Part shown: in pieces, positions 1 to 10,404 of the stretch
Numbering within the stretch: the stretch's first letter is position 1
How the letters are laid out: every line of letters starts with the position of its first letter
Assembly (NCBI GenBank): GCA_017745235.1
Contig: JAGHZU010000003.1
Coordinates: 190,465-254,464, forward strand
Source of the DNA: Caulobacter sp.
GTDB lineage: Bacteria > Pseudomonadota > Alphaproteobacteria > Caulobacterales > Caulobacteraceae
DNA length: 64,000 nucleotides
Reading direction: 5' to 3'
Translations under genes and position numbers: made by a program
The notes under the pieces: model-generated
Seen by the model: only the letters and a program-made list of their open reading frames with translations
Databases searched by the model: none
What the model was told of the DNA's origin: nothing

Positions 1-434
1 AAGCGCCCCCTGCCGGCCTGCCGAGCCAGCGGATGTCAGGCGCCCGGACGGGAAGCTGGAAAAGCCGTGCGAAAGCCCCGAGCGGCGGTTTTGCATCCTC
101 AACGTGGTCGACGGCGTCACGCGAATGCCTGGCGGCGATCGCCGACACCTCGCGCTGCCGGGTCGGCTCGTGGCCCGCGAGCGCGGGCGCCCGGGCATGG
201 CTGTCAGCGACAACGGCACGGAGTTCACCTCCACCGCAATCCTGGCTTAGTCGGAGGCAGCCCGTCACCTGGCATTACATCGCGCCGGCAAGTCGACCCA
301 GAACGGCCTTGCCGAAAGATTCAACGGCCGCATGCGCGACGAGCTGTTGCCGGCCTGTTGCTCCCACCGCGCCACACGGCGTAACCAACCCGGAGACTCT
401 CGTCGCCGCTGGGTGAAAGTTCAGGGGCAGTTCA
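1..434 (+). mobile_element. IS3-family (IS407/IS511-like) transposase remnant with right terminal inverted repeat
   Basis: One frame reads RGRPGMAVSDNGTEFTSTAILA*SEA...GKSTQNGLAERFNGRMRDELL, a DDE core with TAG replacing the conserved Trp. The element ends ...tgaaagttcaggggcagttCA, resembling an IS3-type end. Confidence 0.8.
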
Positions 435-608
435 ACGCTCTTAAGTCTCCACTACCCGAGCCGACGCAATCCGGCCGGAGCCACCTGCTGTAAATTGGCT
501 GTCCCCGTCATTTATTCGTACCAGGCGCCATCGCCGAGCAGCCTCACCAACGAGCATGGGTGAGCCCGCGATGGCTCTCGTCCGCGTTGGCCCCATCACA
601 AACGAAGG

Positions 609-3125
609 TCAATGGCGAGAAGATGCTGCCGCGACCAACAGCGCCCATCCCCCGCCGCTAGCGGCCAGAAGCATGGCGAAAATGGCGAGATGCGGCGGCA
701 GAGAGGCGAGCTGGAAAATCGCTCCGACCGCTGGAAACGTAAAGATCGCGCCCAGAATCGCGCTGACTAAGAACGTGATAAGCCATAATACCCGCCGCTC
801 CGCGCCGAACAGGTTTCCGGTCGTGAAGGCGTCGATTAGCGCCAAGATGAGATTGCCCGTCACGAGCGTGAGAAACGCTGCGCCTCGCGCGACCGGAGCG
901 GCGCTACCCCCGTGGAGAAGGGAGACATAGAGGCCACCCGAAGCGACGAGGACGCCAAGACCCTGCAGCATGGCAAGGCCAATTTGCCCTGGACCGAACA
1001 AGGGCTCGTCGATGTCGCGGGGTGGCCTCCGCATGGCGGAGGAGTCGGCGGGAGCGGCTTCGAAGACGAGAGAGGACGTCGGATCGACGATCAACTCCAG
1101 CAACACCACGTGCATGGGCAGGAGCACCGGCGGCAAGCCAAACAGGATCGGCGCCAGCGCCAAGCCTGCAATCGGAACGTGGACCGCAGTGATGTAGGTC
1201 ATTGCGCGCCGAAGGTTCGCGAAAATGCGCCGGCCAAGCCTCACCCCCTCCACGATCGACGCGAAACTGTCGTCCAACAGCACCAGGTCCGCCGCCTCGC
1301 GCGCTACATCCGCCCCCCTGCGTCCCATGGCCACGCCGATATGGGCAGCCTCCAGCGCCGGGGCGTCATTGACCCCATCGCCGGTCATGGCCACCACCTC
1401 GCCAGAGGCTTTCAGTATTTCGACAAGCCTGAGCTTTTGCTCGGGTCTGATGCGCGCGAATACGCGCACATGCTTGAGCCGCTCGCGAAACGCCGCCTCC
1501 GACAACGCGGCCAACTCCTCCCCGGTCAGAGCGCCCGCGTCGACCGACAGACCAGCCGTCCGTGCGATGGCAAGAGCCGTCGCCGGATGGTCGCCGGTGA
1601 TCATGATGACCTTGAGGCCTGCTTTGCTGGCCTCATCCAGCGCGGCGGCGGCGTCGGCCCGCAAGGGATCGACAAATCCGAGAAGGCCGAAGAACTCAAA
1701 GCGCGCGTCAGAGGGGTCTGCAGGAAAAAGCCCCCGCTCCGCGCAAGCAGCTACGCCCAAAACACGAAGCCCTTGCGCTGCGTAGGATTCGACCACCCTC
1801 TGGAGGTTCGCCTTATCGTCATCGGAAAGCCGGCAGAGCTGAAAGATCGCCTCTGGAGCGCCCTTCGCCGCGGCCATGCGCTTGCCCGATACAGCCCAAA
1901 GCTGGACGACCGCCAAACGTTCAGCCTGCAAGGGCCAAACTCTGCTTGGCCCAGGCTTGTCAGCCCGGAATGCGATGCTCCGCGCCGAGCATAGAGCCAG
2001 AACGGCTTTGTCCATCGGATCTACGGGACGGACAGCACAAGCCAGGGCGCAAATCCGCAACAAGCGAACGGATGGTTCGCCCAGCTCTGCCCCGTCCTCG
2101 ATCGCCGTCTCGCCACTCGGTGTCCAGAGCCGCGCCACACGCATCTGGTTCTCGGTCAGGGTGCCAGTCTTGTCGACGCAAAGCACGCTGGCCGCGCCCA
2201 GGGTCTCGATAACCGCACTGCGACGAACCAGCACCTGATGCGCCGCCAGCCGCCAAGCTCCCAAGGCCAGAAACACGGCCAGCACCATCGGGAATTCTTC
2301 CGGAATCAACGCGATGGCGATCGTCACGGCCGCCAAAGCCCCCTGCCCCCAATCGCCCCGCAAGAGCCCGTAGGCGATCGCCACTGCGATGCTGAAGGCG
2401 ATCGCGAGTGCGCCGATCAGAGCCGCAAGTCGCTTGGCCGATCGCTGCAACGGCGTCGATGATGGCGCTATGGCCGCCAACGATCCGCCAAGCTTGCCGA
2501 TCGCCGACCTGGCGCCTGTCTGGGTCATCCTGACGACGCCCTGGCCGCTGACAACGAGCGTTCCCCCATAAACGCGCGCGCTGACTCCGGACGGGGCGTC
2601 GTCATCTTCACCGGTGAAGTCGCCATTCGGCGTCCTGATGACAGGGGCCGCCTCGCCGGTCAGTACGGATTCGTCGATGCTGAGAACACCGCCTTCCACC
2701 AGGACGCCGTCAGCGGTCAGCCGCTCGCCCTCGGCGACGAGCACCATGTCTCCGGGCGCCAATTCTCGCGCCAGGACTTGGTGTTCGATCCCATCGCGGA
2801 TGACTCTGACCCGCGGTTGAGCCAGTTCCCGCAACGCCATCAAGGCCCGTTCGCTACGAGCCTCCTGAATGACCACCAGAGCTATGCTCATGGTCGCCCC
2901 ACCGAGCAGGAACAGCCCCTCGGCAAGATCTCCGAAAGTCAGATAGAGGCCCGCCGCGACCATGAGGAGCAGGAACATCGGCTCGCGCAGGGTTTCCAGA
3001 CCAATACGCCCCAGGTTCCGCTTGGGCGGTCCCGGGATTTCGTTGGGCCCGGCTTCCTGAAGGCGACGCCGCGCTTCTATCTCGCTCAGGCCTTGGAGAG
3101 ACGGTGTCATGGCCGTTCTCCTCAA
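609..3125 (-). CDS. Cation-transporting P-type ATPase (type II, Ca2+/CtpE-CtpF-like)
   Basis: 838 aa with LTGEA, IPEEFP, DKTGTLT phosphorylation motif, KGAPE, TGDHP and TGDGVNDAPAL. Confidence 0.93.
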   Translation of the reverse strand: MRRTAMTPSLQGLSEIEARRRLQEAGPNEIPGPPKRNLGRIGLETLREPMFLLLMVAAGLYLTFGDLAEGLFLLGGATMSIALVVIQEARSERALMALRELAQPRVRVIRDGIEHQVLARELAPGDMVLVAEGERLTADGVLVEGGVLSIDESVLTGEAAPVIRTPNGDFTGEDDDAPSGVSARVYGGTLVVSGQGVVRMTQTGARSAIGKLGGSLAAIAPSSTPLQRSAKRLAALIGALAIAFSIAVAIAYGLLRGDWGQGALAAVTIAIALIPEEFPMVLAVFLALGAWRLAAHQVLVRRSAVIETLGAASVLCVDKTGTLTENQMRVARLWTPSGETAIEDGAELGEPSVRLLRICALACAVRPVDPMDKAVLALCSARSIAFRADKPGPSRVWPLQAERLAVVQLWAVSGKRMAAAKGAPEAIFQLCRLSDDDKANLQRVVESYAAQGLRVLGVAACAERGLFPADPSDARFEFFGLLGFVDPLRADAAAALDEASKAGLKVIMITGDHPATALAIARTAGLSVDAGALTGEELAALSEAAFRERLKHVRVFARIRPEQKLRLVEILKASGEVVAMTGDGVNDAPALEAAHIGVAMGRRGADVAREAADLVLLDDSFASIVEGVRLGRRIFANLRRAMTYITAVHVPIAGLALAPILFGLPPVLLPMHVVLLELIVDPTSSLVFEAAPADSSAMRRPPRDIDEPLFGPGQIGLAMLQGLGVLVASGGLYVSLLHGGSAAPVARGAAFLTLVTGNLILALIDAFTTGNLFGAERRVLWLITFLVSAILGAIFTFPAVGAIFQLASLPPHLAIFAMLLAASGGGWALLVAAASSRH

Positions 3126-3127
3126 AG

Positions 3128-3328
3128 TCAGTGCGAAAGGAAGAGCACCGTCGGCGTCGCGCGCAACACGTGCTTGGTCGCGCGGCCCAGCACGAACTCG
3201 AGCGCGTGAAGGCGGTGACAGGCGCCCACTACGAGGAGATTGGCGGGAGGTCGGGCGACATGATCATCGATCGCCGGATCGAGCTGAAGCGGCAGACTGC
3301 CCAGGCGCATGGCGCCTCCTCCGATCAT
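3128..3328 (-). pseudogene. Truncated universal stress protein (C-terminal fragment only)
   Basis: 66 aa ending LLVVGACHRLHALEFVLGRATKHVLRATPTVLFLSH, like the USP C-terminal signature; no N-terminal part. Confidence 0.55.
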
Positions 3329-3729
3329 CCAGGCGTTTCGGTCGTAGCGCCATCGAAGGTTTCAACCTCCGCCAGGGCCTGCGCCTTAGTTTGACGCACT
3401 ACGCCGTCGCGATGGTCGGGAGGACCATAGATCGTGTAGACTTTCAGGGGCTTATCGCCCGTGTTGATGAGATTGTGGCGGGCGCCGGCTGGGACGATCA
3501 CCGCATCATCGTGGCGCACCGGACTGCGCCGGCCATCGATCCAGATTTCGCCCTTGCCCTTCTCGATGCGGAAGAACTGGTCATGATCCGGATGAACTTC
3601 CTCGCCAATGTCCTCACCTGGCTCCAGCGACATGAGCACCAATTGCAGGTGCTTGCCGGTGTAGAGCACGCGCCGGAAGTCGCCGTTGTCTTCGGTCAGC
3701 GCTTCTATGTCCGCGACAAAGCCTTTCAT
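3325..3729 (-). CDS. Cupin-domain protein
   Basis: EEVHPDHDQFFRIEKG and PAGARHNLINTG cupin motifs; RBS ggagaagacc; 4-bp overlap with next ORF. Confidence 0.88.
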   Translation of the reverse strand: MKGFVADIEALTEDNGDFRRVLYTGKHLQLVLMSLEPGEDIGEEVHPDHDQFFRIEKGKGEIWIDGRRSPVRHDDAVIVPAGARHNLINTGDKPLKVYTIYGPPDHRDGVVRQTKAQALAEVETFDGATTETPG

Positions 3730-3757
3730 GGTCTTCTCCTTGGAGCAGATGTTGGGG

Positions 3758-4555
3758 TCAGCGTCCCAGGATCAGGGGAAGCTTGGCCGCCCCGATCATC
3801 CGGCGCGTGACGCCGCCGAAGAGCTTCTCGTTCAGACGGCCGTGACCGTAGGCGCCCATCACGCAGTACCCCGCCTGGTCGATGTCGGCCTGGCGCAGAA
3901 GATGGACATCGGGCGTCTCGCCAGCGGACTCGATCATAAGAACCTTGCCGTGAACGTCGTGCCGGGACAGGTAGGCCGCCGCCTCCTGGACCGAGGGGCC
4001 ATCCGCAGTCTCTCCCACCGCGACCAAGCGCACCGACCGCGCCAGCTTCAGAAGCGGCGTGACGGCCCTCAGGGCGACGGCGGCCGGTTCTGATCCATCC
4101 CAGGCCACAATCGCCGGCCCGGTGACGTTCAGCCCAACGGCGTTGTCGGGCACGGCCACGATCGGGCATCGAGCTTCGACCAGGAGATCGCCAAGCGCGC
4201 CGCGGGTTTCGCGGTCGAACACCTCGCCATGCTTGCAGTTGAAGATAATCAGGTCCGACAGCCGCGACTGGTTGGCCAGGCATCTGGCGATGTCACCGAT
4301 ATCGTCGGTCCAGTCATAGCTGACACCTTCATTGGCGAGACGCAGGTCCAGCCGCTCGCGCAGTTCAAACTCCAGCTTGCGGCTTTCAGTCAGCGCCAGG
4401 CCGGTAGCCCACCCACCATCGATGGGAAACACCGGCAGCGGGGTGACGTCGGCGCAGCGAATATGACCGTCCAGGCTACGCGCCAGATCCAGGGCGGCCT
4501 GAAGGCGCGCTTCCTGCCCGCGATCCTCGTGAACCAGAAGGAGAATATTCTTCAT
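3758..4555 (-). CDS. Universal stress protein (tandem USP)
   Basis: IVAWDGSEPA and VMGAYGHGRLNEKLFGGVTRRMI motifs. Confidence 0.9.
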   Translation of the reverse strand: MKNILLLVHEDRGQEARLQAALDLARSLDGHIRCADVTPLPVFPIDGGWATGLALTESRKLEFELRERLDLRLANEGVSYDWTDDIGDIARCLANQSRLSDLIIFNCKHGEVFDRETRGALGDLLVEARCPIVAVPDNAVGLNVTGPAIVAWDGSEPAAVALRAVTPLLKLARSVRLVAVGETADGPSVQEAAAYLSRHDVHGKVLMIESAGETPDVHLLRQADIDQAGYCVMGAYGHGRLNEKLFGGVTRRMIGAAKLPLILGR

Positions 4556-4707
4556 CGCATGATCTCCACAGCCAAGGCCGGCAAGCCGCCGAAGTCCGCT
4601 CGCCCGAGTGTGCGGCGAGGAATGCTCCGCGGCAGGTCACCGCCCGCTCGGCGATGACGATGTCCAGCCGGATTGATCCTGCCGTCGGCCACCGAGCGGC
4701 GTTATCC

Positions 4708-4717
4708 GCAGTTTCCC
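4708..4717 (+). promoter_or_regulatory. Possible FixJ class I site (GCAGTTTCCC)
   Basis: 9/10 match to the S. meliloti FixJ consensus GTAGTTTCCC as I recall it; lies between divergent USP and cytochrome c genes. Confidence 0.3.
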
Positions 4718-4779
4718 GTAGTCGGCGGCCTGCTGGCCAAGCGCGACCATCGCCAATCTTCCATCGAGTTCGATGCTTT

Positions 4780-4793
4780 TTGCGCCCGATCAA
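4780..4793. promoter_or_regulatory. FixK/Fnr box TTGCG-CCCG-ATCAA
   Basis: Near-match to TTGAT-N4-ATCAA, centred about 58 bp upstream of the cytochrome c ATG at 4845. Confidence 0.6.
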
Positions 4794-4844
4794 TTCGAAG
4801 CGCCCCAGTCGATCCAAGCTGCGCGGGCATTGATCGGAGGCCAC

Positions 4845-5246
4845 ATGGGCGGACGGCATGACATCAGGAGCGGGTCGAAATGGGCGTGGGCGATAATGCT
4901 CGCCACGTCGCTATGGGGCTGCGCGATGATCGACGCCCCAACGCCCGCCGAGCGCCAAACAGCGCACGACATCGACATGGGGCGAGCGGTAGTCCGCGAC
5001 CAATGCCTGGCCTGTCATCAAGTGGACGGCCCCACGACGGACGGCGCGGCCCCGCCGCTGACGGAGGTTGCGCGCCGCTACCGCAATGCTCACCTGGACT
5101 GGGAACTGGAAGCCATATCCAACGTCGGACACTATCGGATGCCACCCAGGCCGCTCTCGGCCTCGGAGATCCGAGCGCTAGCGGCCTATATTCAATCCCT
5201 GGAACACGCGTCGCTTCAGCAGCCAGTCGGGCGACGGGATCACTGA
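4845..5246 (+). CDS. Monohaem c-type cytochrome (possible lipoprotein)
   Basis: CLACH haem motif, distal YRMP Met, hydrophobic N-terminus ending LWGC, RBS ggagg at 4836-4840. Confidence 0.85.
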   Translation: MGGRHDIRSGSKWAWAIMLATSLWGCAMIDAPTPAERQTAHDIDMGRAVVRDQCLACHQVDGPTTDGAAPPLTEVARRYRNAHLDWELEAISNVGHYRMPPRPLSASEIRALAAYIQSLEHASLQQPVGRRDH

Positions 5247-5665
5247 TCTCCCGGAACCCGCGGGGCGCAATGGGGCTCGATCGGATCCTGCCTGGGATCC
5301 AAGCCGCGCAGGTAGGCGATCAACTCAGCACGTTGGTCATCGCCCAAAACGGCCATCGGCATGCTCGGATGCCGACGCGGTCCACCTTCCTCGGGCGGCC
5401 GCAGCGGCGCTAGCATGCCTTCGGTGAGAACATCCTCCAGGCAGCCAGGCGCATAACGCTGATGCAACTCTGCGAAGGCCGGCGCTCCGGGCAATGGGCT
5501 TCGCCCGTCGGGGACCGCATGGCAGCCGCCGCAGTAACGCTGGGCCAGGGTAAGGCCGCTCGGAACGGCGACCCCGGCGGGTTGAGCGCGCGGCGAGCCA
5601 GTTTTGTCGACCATGCCGACAGCCATGGCGGCCACCAAAGGCAAAAGGGCTGCCCAGCGTCTCAT
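5240..5665 (-). CDS. Monohaem c-type cytochrome
   Basis: Signal peptide MRRWAALLPLVAAMA, CGGCH motif, distal PSMP Met; start placed at ATG 5665. Confidence 0.82.
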   Translation of the reverse strand: MRRWAALLPLVAAMAVGMVDKTGSPRAQPAGVAVPSGLTLAQRYCGGCHAVPDGRSPLPGAPAFAELHQRYAPGCLEDVLTEGMLAPLRPPEEGGPRRHPSMPMAVLGDDQRAELIAYLRGLDPRQDPIEPHCAPRVPGDQ

Positions 5666-6176
5666 TGTCCATCCTCCAGATCCAAAACGGCCCGCCCTAC
5701 GACCTAGCCCTTCGCCATCTGGTCGAAGACCAGGTTGATGTCCGCCAGACGGGTGTGGCGCCCGATCCGAGCGCTCACCTTGCTGTCGGCTGCCAAGACC
5801 AGGGTCTCCTGGAGGTCCAGCCGCGTACCGACGATCGAGCCTTGCACGACGATCCCCCTCAATACGGTATCGAAGATCGAGAGTGGAAAATCTCCCGGCG
5901 GCAGGGAGCGCGACCACTCGGTCGCCGATTACGAGATGCTCGACTTCGCCCCCCTAGGGCCGAAACTGTCCCTAAGCCCTCATGGCCGGGTACGAACGGC
6001 AGCGAAGGCTTGATCGGCCAGTCGCCGTGTGCGGCGTGAAGATCGGTGTGACAGACCCTACAGGCGCCGATCTTGACCACACCCTTGCCAGGATCGGGGA
6101 CCGGAAGCGGAAGGGTTTCCATCTCGAGCGCTTGGCCGAAGGCGCGCACGACGGCCGCGGTCATCAAAGCTTGCAT
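5662..6176 (-). pseudogene. adhP: Zn alcohol dehydrogenase (AdhP-type) pseudogene
   Basis: N-terminus (ACRVCHTDLHAAHGDWP...PGHEGLG) joined out of frame to the C-terminus (LPPGDFPLSIFDTVLRGIVVQGSIVGTRLDL...MAKG*VVGRAVLDL); middle half missing and an internal TAG. Confidence 0.85.
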
Positions 6177-6243
6177 GGCGACCTCCCATATCGATACGGC
6201 ATGGGTAGGCGCGCCCGTCCGCCAAAACACTTGGGAGTTCTAC

Positions 6244-6687
6244 TTAGCCGTCCCGCCCCAGCAGTCCGTCCACCGCCCGGACCAGGGCCGCATCCACCAA
6301 CGGCTTTTCCAGCACACGCTCGTAACCGGCGCTCGCCGCCTTGGCGTGAAGGCCAGACTCTGGAAAGCCCGTGATCAGCAGGGCGCGACCCGACCAGCCG
6401 CGCTTGCGCAAGCCGACGATCAACTCCAGGCCATCGGCGTCCGGCATCCTGTAGTCGGCCACCAGCACCTCGGCTTCGCAGGCCAAAGGGTCTGCCAGGA
6501 GGTCCCGTCCAGAGCCAAAGGCGCGGACCTCCAGACCTCGACCGCTCAGCAGCAGTTGAAGCGAGCGCCGCGCTCCCGCGTCGTCATCGACGAGGAGTAG
6601 TCGGGGCCGGCGAGGCGAAGAAGGAAGGGGCTGCTGCATGATCCGACACAACGCGCGCCGAGAAGAGGTCGGCGAGCCTAAGGTCAT
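6244..6687 (-). CDS. Single-domain response regulator receiver (real start may be ATG 6639)
   Basis: LLLVDDD, ADYRMP phospho-Asp, ITG and EKP; directly downstream of fixJ. Confidence 0.85.
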   Translation of the reverse strand: MTLGSPTSSRRALCRIMQQPLPSSPRRPRLLLVDDDAGARRSLQLLLSGRGLEVRAFGSGRDLLADPLACEAEVLVADYRMPDADGLELIVGLRKRGWSGRALLITGFPESGLHAKAASAGYERVLEKPLVDAALVRAVDGLLGRDG

Positions 6688-6737
6688 GACATTCGCCTGC
6701 CCGAACGTCCTTACGTAGAGTTGCTTAGTATTGAGGC

Positions 6738-7355
6738 CTACGCATCCAACAGTCCGGCCGCGAAGGCGAGGCGCAAGGCTTCCGACAGACTCCGAACCTT
6801 GAGCTTGGCCATGAGGTTGGCCCGATGCACTTCGACTGTGCGCGGCGAAATTCCCAGCTCGAAGGCGATCGTCTTGTTAGGCAGGCCGTTGGCCATGCCT
6901 CGCAAGACATCCTGTTCGCGACTGGTCAAACCTGCCACCGCCGCCGCCGCGTCCTGAGCCCGCTCGGCGCGACCGTCAAGATCGTCGAGATGGGCGAACG
7001 CCGCTTCGATCGCCTCCAAGATCCTCGCCTTCTCAAAGGGCTTTTCCAGGAAATCCACCGCTCCAGCCTTCATGGCGCGCACTGCCACGGAGACGTCGCC
7101 GTGACCGGTGAGCACCACCACGGGCATGGCGATCCCACGCTCAACCATGGCTGCCTGGACCGCCAGCCCGTCCAGACCCGGCATACGTACATCCAGCAGC
7201 ACGCAGCCGGTTTCAATGCTCTTGGCCCGCTGGAGAAACTCGCTTCCCGAAGCGTAGGTGCTGACGGCGTAGCCTGAGGTCTTGAGCATGAAGCTCGCCG
7301 AGCGTCGAATGGCGTCTTCATCGTCGACGATATGGACTCTGCGGGTGTCACTCAT
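6738..7355 (-). CDS. fixJ: Two-component response regulator FixJ
   Basis: REC ([26 protein letters not shown]) plus LuxR HTH ([26 protein letters not shown]); overlaps fixL stop. Confidence 0.93.
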   Translation of the reverse strand: MSDTRRVHIVDDEDAIRRSASFMLKTSGYAVSTYASGSEFLQRAKSIETGCVLLDVRMPGLDGLAVQAAMVERGIAMPVVVLTGHGDVSVAVRAMKAGAVDFLEKPFEKARILEAIEAAFAHLDDLDGRAERAQDAAAAVAGLTSREQDVLRGMANGLPNKTIAFELGISPRTVEVHRANLMAKLKVRSLSEALRLAFAAGLLDA

Positions 7356-9246
7356 CGCCTTGCTCCGTCTCGGCCCTGACCAAGGTGAAATGAAACTCCG
7401 CCCCGCCTTCAGGCCCCGGTGCGTAACTTATACGGCCTCCATTGGCCTCGACGATCGTTCGACAGATCGACAGGCCAAGCCCCATACCCTCGGCCTTGGT
7501 GCTGACAAAAGCCGTGAAAAGCTGGTCGACTAACTCACGAGGCACGCCAGGCCCGTTGTCGGCTATTGTGATCCGCACAAATCCCGGCTCGTCGCTGGCG
7601 GCGCTGATCCGCAACGAAGGCTGCGGTCCGCCTCTCATGGCCTCAAAAGCGTTGCGCGCTAAGTTGATGACAACCTGCTGGATCTGAATCTTGTCGACGA
7701 GCACGGGCAGCGCCGTCGGAAGGTCGAAAATGATGTTGAGGCCCTCGTCACGCGCGCCCATCAGGCCCAGCGCCGCCGCCTCGCGAAGCAGGGCCGGGAG
7801 ATCCTCGACGCTCTTTTCAACTTCTCCTCGCGCCACAAAGTCACGTAGCCGGCGGACGATGTGACCAGCCCGGAGAGCCTCGCTCGCCGCGTCCCCCAGA
7901 GCCTCACGGATCATCGGCAAGTCTTCGAGATTTGGCTTGGCTAGGAGGCCGCTCACGGCTTCAACATAGTTGGCGACAGCAGTGATCGGCTGGTTGAGCT
8001 CATGAGCGAGCGTAGAGGCCATGGTCCCCATGCCACTGACCCGGGCGATGTGGATCAACTCAGCCTGCAATTCCTCCAAGCGCGCCTGCACCCGTTGGCG
8101 TTCGGTCAGGTCGCGGCAGAAGCCTGTGAAGATCCGGGGTCCAGGTCCATTGGCTTCACCGATCGCGAGTTCCATGGCGAAGGTCGATCCATCCTTGCGC
8201 TGGCCTGTGACCACGCGCCCCAGGCCGATGATCCGCCGCTCCCCTGTCGCGAGGTAACGGTCGATATATCCGTCATGGCCCTCCCGATCTGGCGAGGGCA
8301 TCAGGCAATTGACATTGCGGCCGAGGACCTCCTCTTCGCGCCAACCAAACAAGCGCTCGGCGGCCGTCGAAAACGACAGGATCACCCCACGCTCATCGAT
8401 GACGATCATCGCATCTGGAACTGTTGAGAGGATCGATCCCAGGTGGTTGGCGCTGGCTTGCAGGGCTTGCTCCGCCGCCCGCTGATCGGTGACATCATGT
8501 AGGATTTTGGCGAAACCCTTCAGGTTCCCGGCCTCGTCTCGGAGCGCCATCGTCGACACGTGAGCAAGGAATTCAGAGCCGTCCTTGCGCAGCCGCCAGT
8601 CCTGTTCCTCCAGCCGCCCTTCGCGTGCGGCCCGCTCCAGGTCGGCGGCCGGCTTGCCGGCGCGACGGGCGTCCTTGGGGTAGAAGATCGCCGAATCCAT
8701 GCCGACGATCTCGTCCTCCCGCCATCCCTTCAGACGTTGAGCGCCCGCATTCCAGATCAGCACCCTTCCTTCTGGATCAAGCATGTAGATCGCATACTCG
8801 GCCGCGCCGTCGATTAGCAGGTTGAGCTGCTCAGCCGCCGCACTGGCGGCCCGAGCGCGCTCGTCGGATCGCTCCACGAGCTCCGCGGCCCCGCGGCGCA
8901 AACGATCGATTTCCCACCCGATCAGCACCAGACCCGTGGCTGTCACGGCATAGGCGGCGGTGTTCGTCGCGCCCTCGAAGTTCAGCAAGCCTTGGCCGCT
9001 GAACGCAGCCCCGCCCACAAGGCCGATCAGGGCCGCGCAAAGGCCCGGCCCAACACCACCCAACGCCGTCGCCGCAACAATCGGCACGACAAAGGGCAAG
9101 TAGGCCACCCGATGCGACAACCACGGCTCGAACGCCAGGCGCAACAGAGCCGCCAGCACTGCGCCGCCTAGCGCGACGCCATAGGCGCGCGCCAAGCCTT
9201 CGCGCGATCCTTTTCGGTATGAGATCACCCGCTTCATCGCGTGCAA
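7348..9246 (-). CDS. fixL: Oxygen-sensing haem-PAS histidine kinase FixL (ATG alternative at 9237)
   Basis: N-terminal membrane segments, two PAS domains (second with [12 protein letters not shown]...RRIIGLGR haem signature), LAHELNQP H-box, [10 protein letters not shown]2 box. Confidence 0.92.
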   Translation of the reverse strand: MHAMKRVISYRKGSREGLARAYGVALGGAVLAALLRLAFEPWLSHRVAYLPFVVPIVAATALGGVGPGLCAALIGLVGGAAFSGQGLLNFEGATNTAAYAVTATGLVLIGWEIDRLRRGAAELVERSDERARAASAAAEQLNLLIDGAAEYAIYMLDPEGRVLIWNAGAQRLKGWREDEIVGMDSAIFYPKDARRAGKPAADLERAAREGRLEEQDWRLRKDGSEFLAHVSTMALRDEAGNLKGFAKILHDVTDQRAAEQALQASANHLGSILSTVPDAMIVIDERGVILSFSTAAERLFGWREEEVLGRNVNCLMPSPDREGHDGYIDRYLATGERRIIGLGRVVTGQRKDGSTFAMELAIGEANGPGPRIFTGFCRDLTERQRVQARLEELQAELIHIARVSGMGTMASTLAHELNQPITAVANYVEAVSGLLAKPNLEDLPMIREALGDAASEALRAGHIVRRLRDFVARGEVEKSVEDLPALLREAAALGLMGARDEGLNIIFDLPTALPVLVDKIQIQQVVINLARNAFEAMRGGPQPSLRISAASDEPGFVRITIADNGPGVPRELVDQLFTAFVSTKAEGMGLGLSICRTIVEANGGRISYAPGPEGGAEFHFTLVRAETEQGDE

Positions 9247-9253
9247 CCGTTCG

Positions 9254-9265
9254 CCCCCCCCCCCC
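9254..9265. repeat. C12 homopolymer (G12 on the fixL strand)
   Basis: Counted directly; 17 nt upstream of fixL ATG 9237. Confidence 0.9.
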
Positions 9266-9721
9266 GCAGATCATGCGCCAAAGCTTATCCCGGGCAAAGG
9301 CCTGCTGCGCTCGTCCGCCTAGGCGAACCTTGGGGGACAGCCAATCCGGGATTCTACGCATACGGACCGATCCCTTCGGCCGGGAGAAGTCGATGTCTTC
9401 AGCTTGAAGGGCGCCGCTGCGCCCGCGGGACCTGACGACAAAGCGCTGTTGGCCGATATCTATGTCGAGGATGCCGGACTACGGATCGTCGAACGCAACT
9501 GGGCCGCCTCGGAGCCGCAGCGCACTCCTGGCAGATCAAAGACGTCGGCGGAACATTGAAACAACCACAGCCAACAGTCTTTTCCACGGAGCGAGCGTCG
9601 CCGGTCGTGCTGGCGTGCAGCCCCCGAGGAGGACGAGCCAGTTTCGGTCTAAGTATAGTCCACAATGTCGAGCACCCGACTTAGGGCCTAACCATGGAAG
9701 CGTGCAATCGGGAGCGCCGCC

Positions 9722-10393
9722 ATGACTTTGACCGCCGCCCAGCCCTCGCCCGTCGCCAGGCTTTACCCTGCCGAGCTAATGCCTTCAGTGGGCGAGCTTT
9801 TCGAGCGGGCTGGCGTCGCCATGACCTTCTGCGCCGATGAAGAAATCTACGCTCAGGGCGAAGCAACCGATCTGGTCTACCGCGTGACGAGCGGATCAGT
9901 GCGCGCCGCACGGCTCCTGAGCGACGGTCGCCGCCAGGTCGCCGGCTTCTACTATCAAGGGGACCTCTTCGGCCTGGAGACGGCGCCGATCCACCGCGCC
10001 TGCACTGAGGCGCTCTGCGATACGCGGGTGTTTGCGGTTCGCCGTTCGGCCCTGCGGCACTATGGCGAACTGGGCGAGCACCTGGAACGGATGCTCTGGC
10101 GCGCCACGGGCGAGGAGCTTTCCCAAGTGCGCGATCACATGCTGCTACTGGCGCGCAAGAACGCCGTGGAGCGGGTCGCCGGCTTTCTCGATGACATCGC
10201 TCAGCGACTTGGCGGCGACTGGGTGGACCTGCCGATGACGCGCCAGGACATCGCTGATTACCTGGGCCTGACCATCGAGACCGTCTCGCGCATGCTGACC
10301 CAGCTTCAGGTCGAGGGGGTCGTCCAGTTCCAGGGCTGCCGACGTTTCCGGATCCGTGCACCGGCCCGTCTGGCGAGCCTGGTGGCCGCGTGA
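9722..10393 (+). CDS. fixK: Crp/Fnr-family regulator FixK
   Basis: cNMP-binding-like N-domain and LPMTRQDIADYLGLTIETVSR HTH; no Fnr Cys cluster; divergent from fixLJ. Confidence 0.9.
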   Translation: MTLTAAQPSPVARLYPAELMPSVGELFERAGVAMTFCADEEIYAQGEATDLVYRVTSGSVRAARLLSDGRRQVAGFYYQGDLFGLETAPIHRACTEALCDTRVFAVRRSALRHYGELGEHLERMLWRATGEELSQVRDHMLLLARKNAVERVAGFLDDIAQRLGGDWVDLPMTRQDIADYLGLTIETVSRMLTQLQVEGVVQFQGCRRFRIRAPARLASLVAA

Positions 10394-10404
10394 GGAGATT
10401 GGCG

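Noticed and set aside
9390-9560. Fragment reading DAGLRIVERNW, reminiscent of YraN
   Set aside because: No start codon or RBS in that frame and only a short match; probably coincidental.
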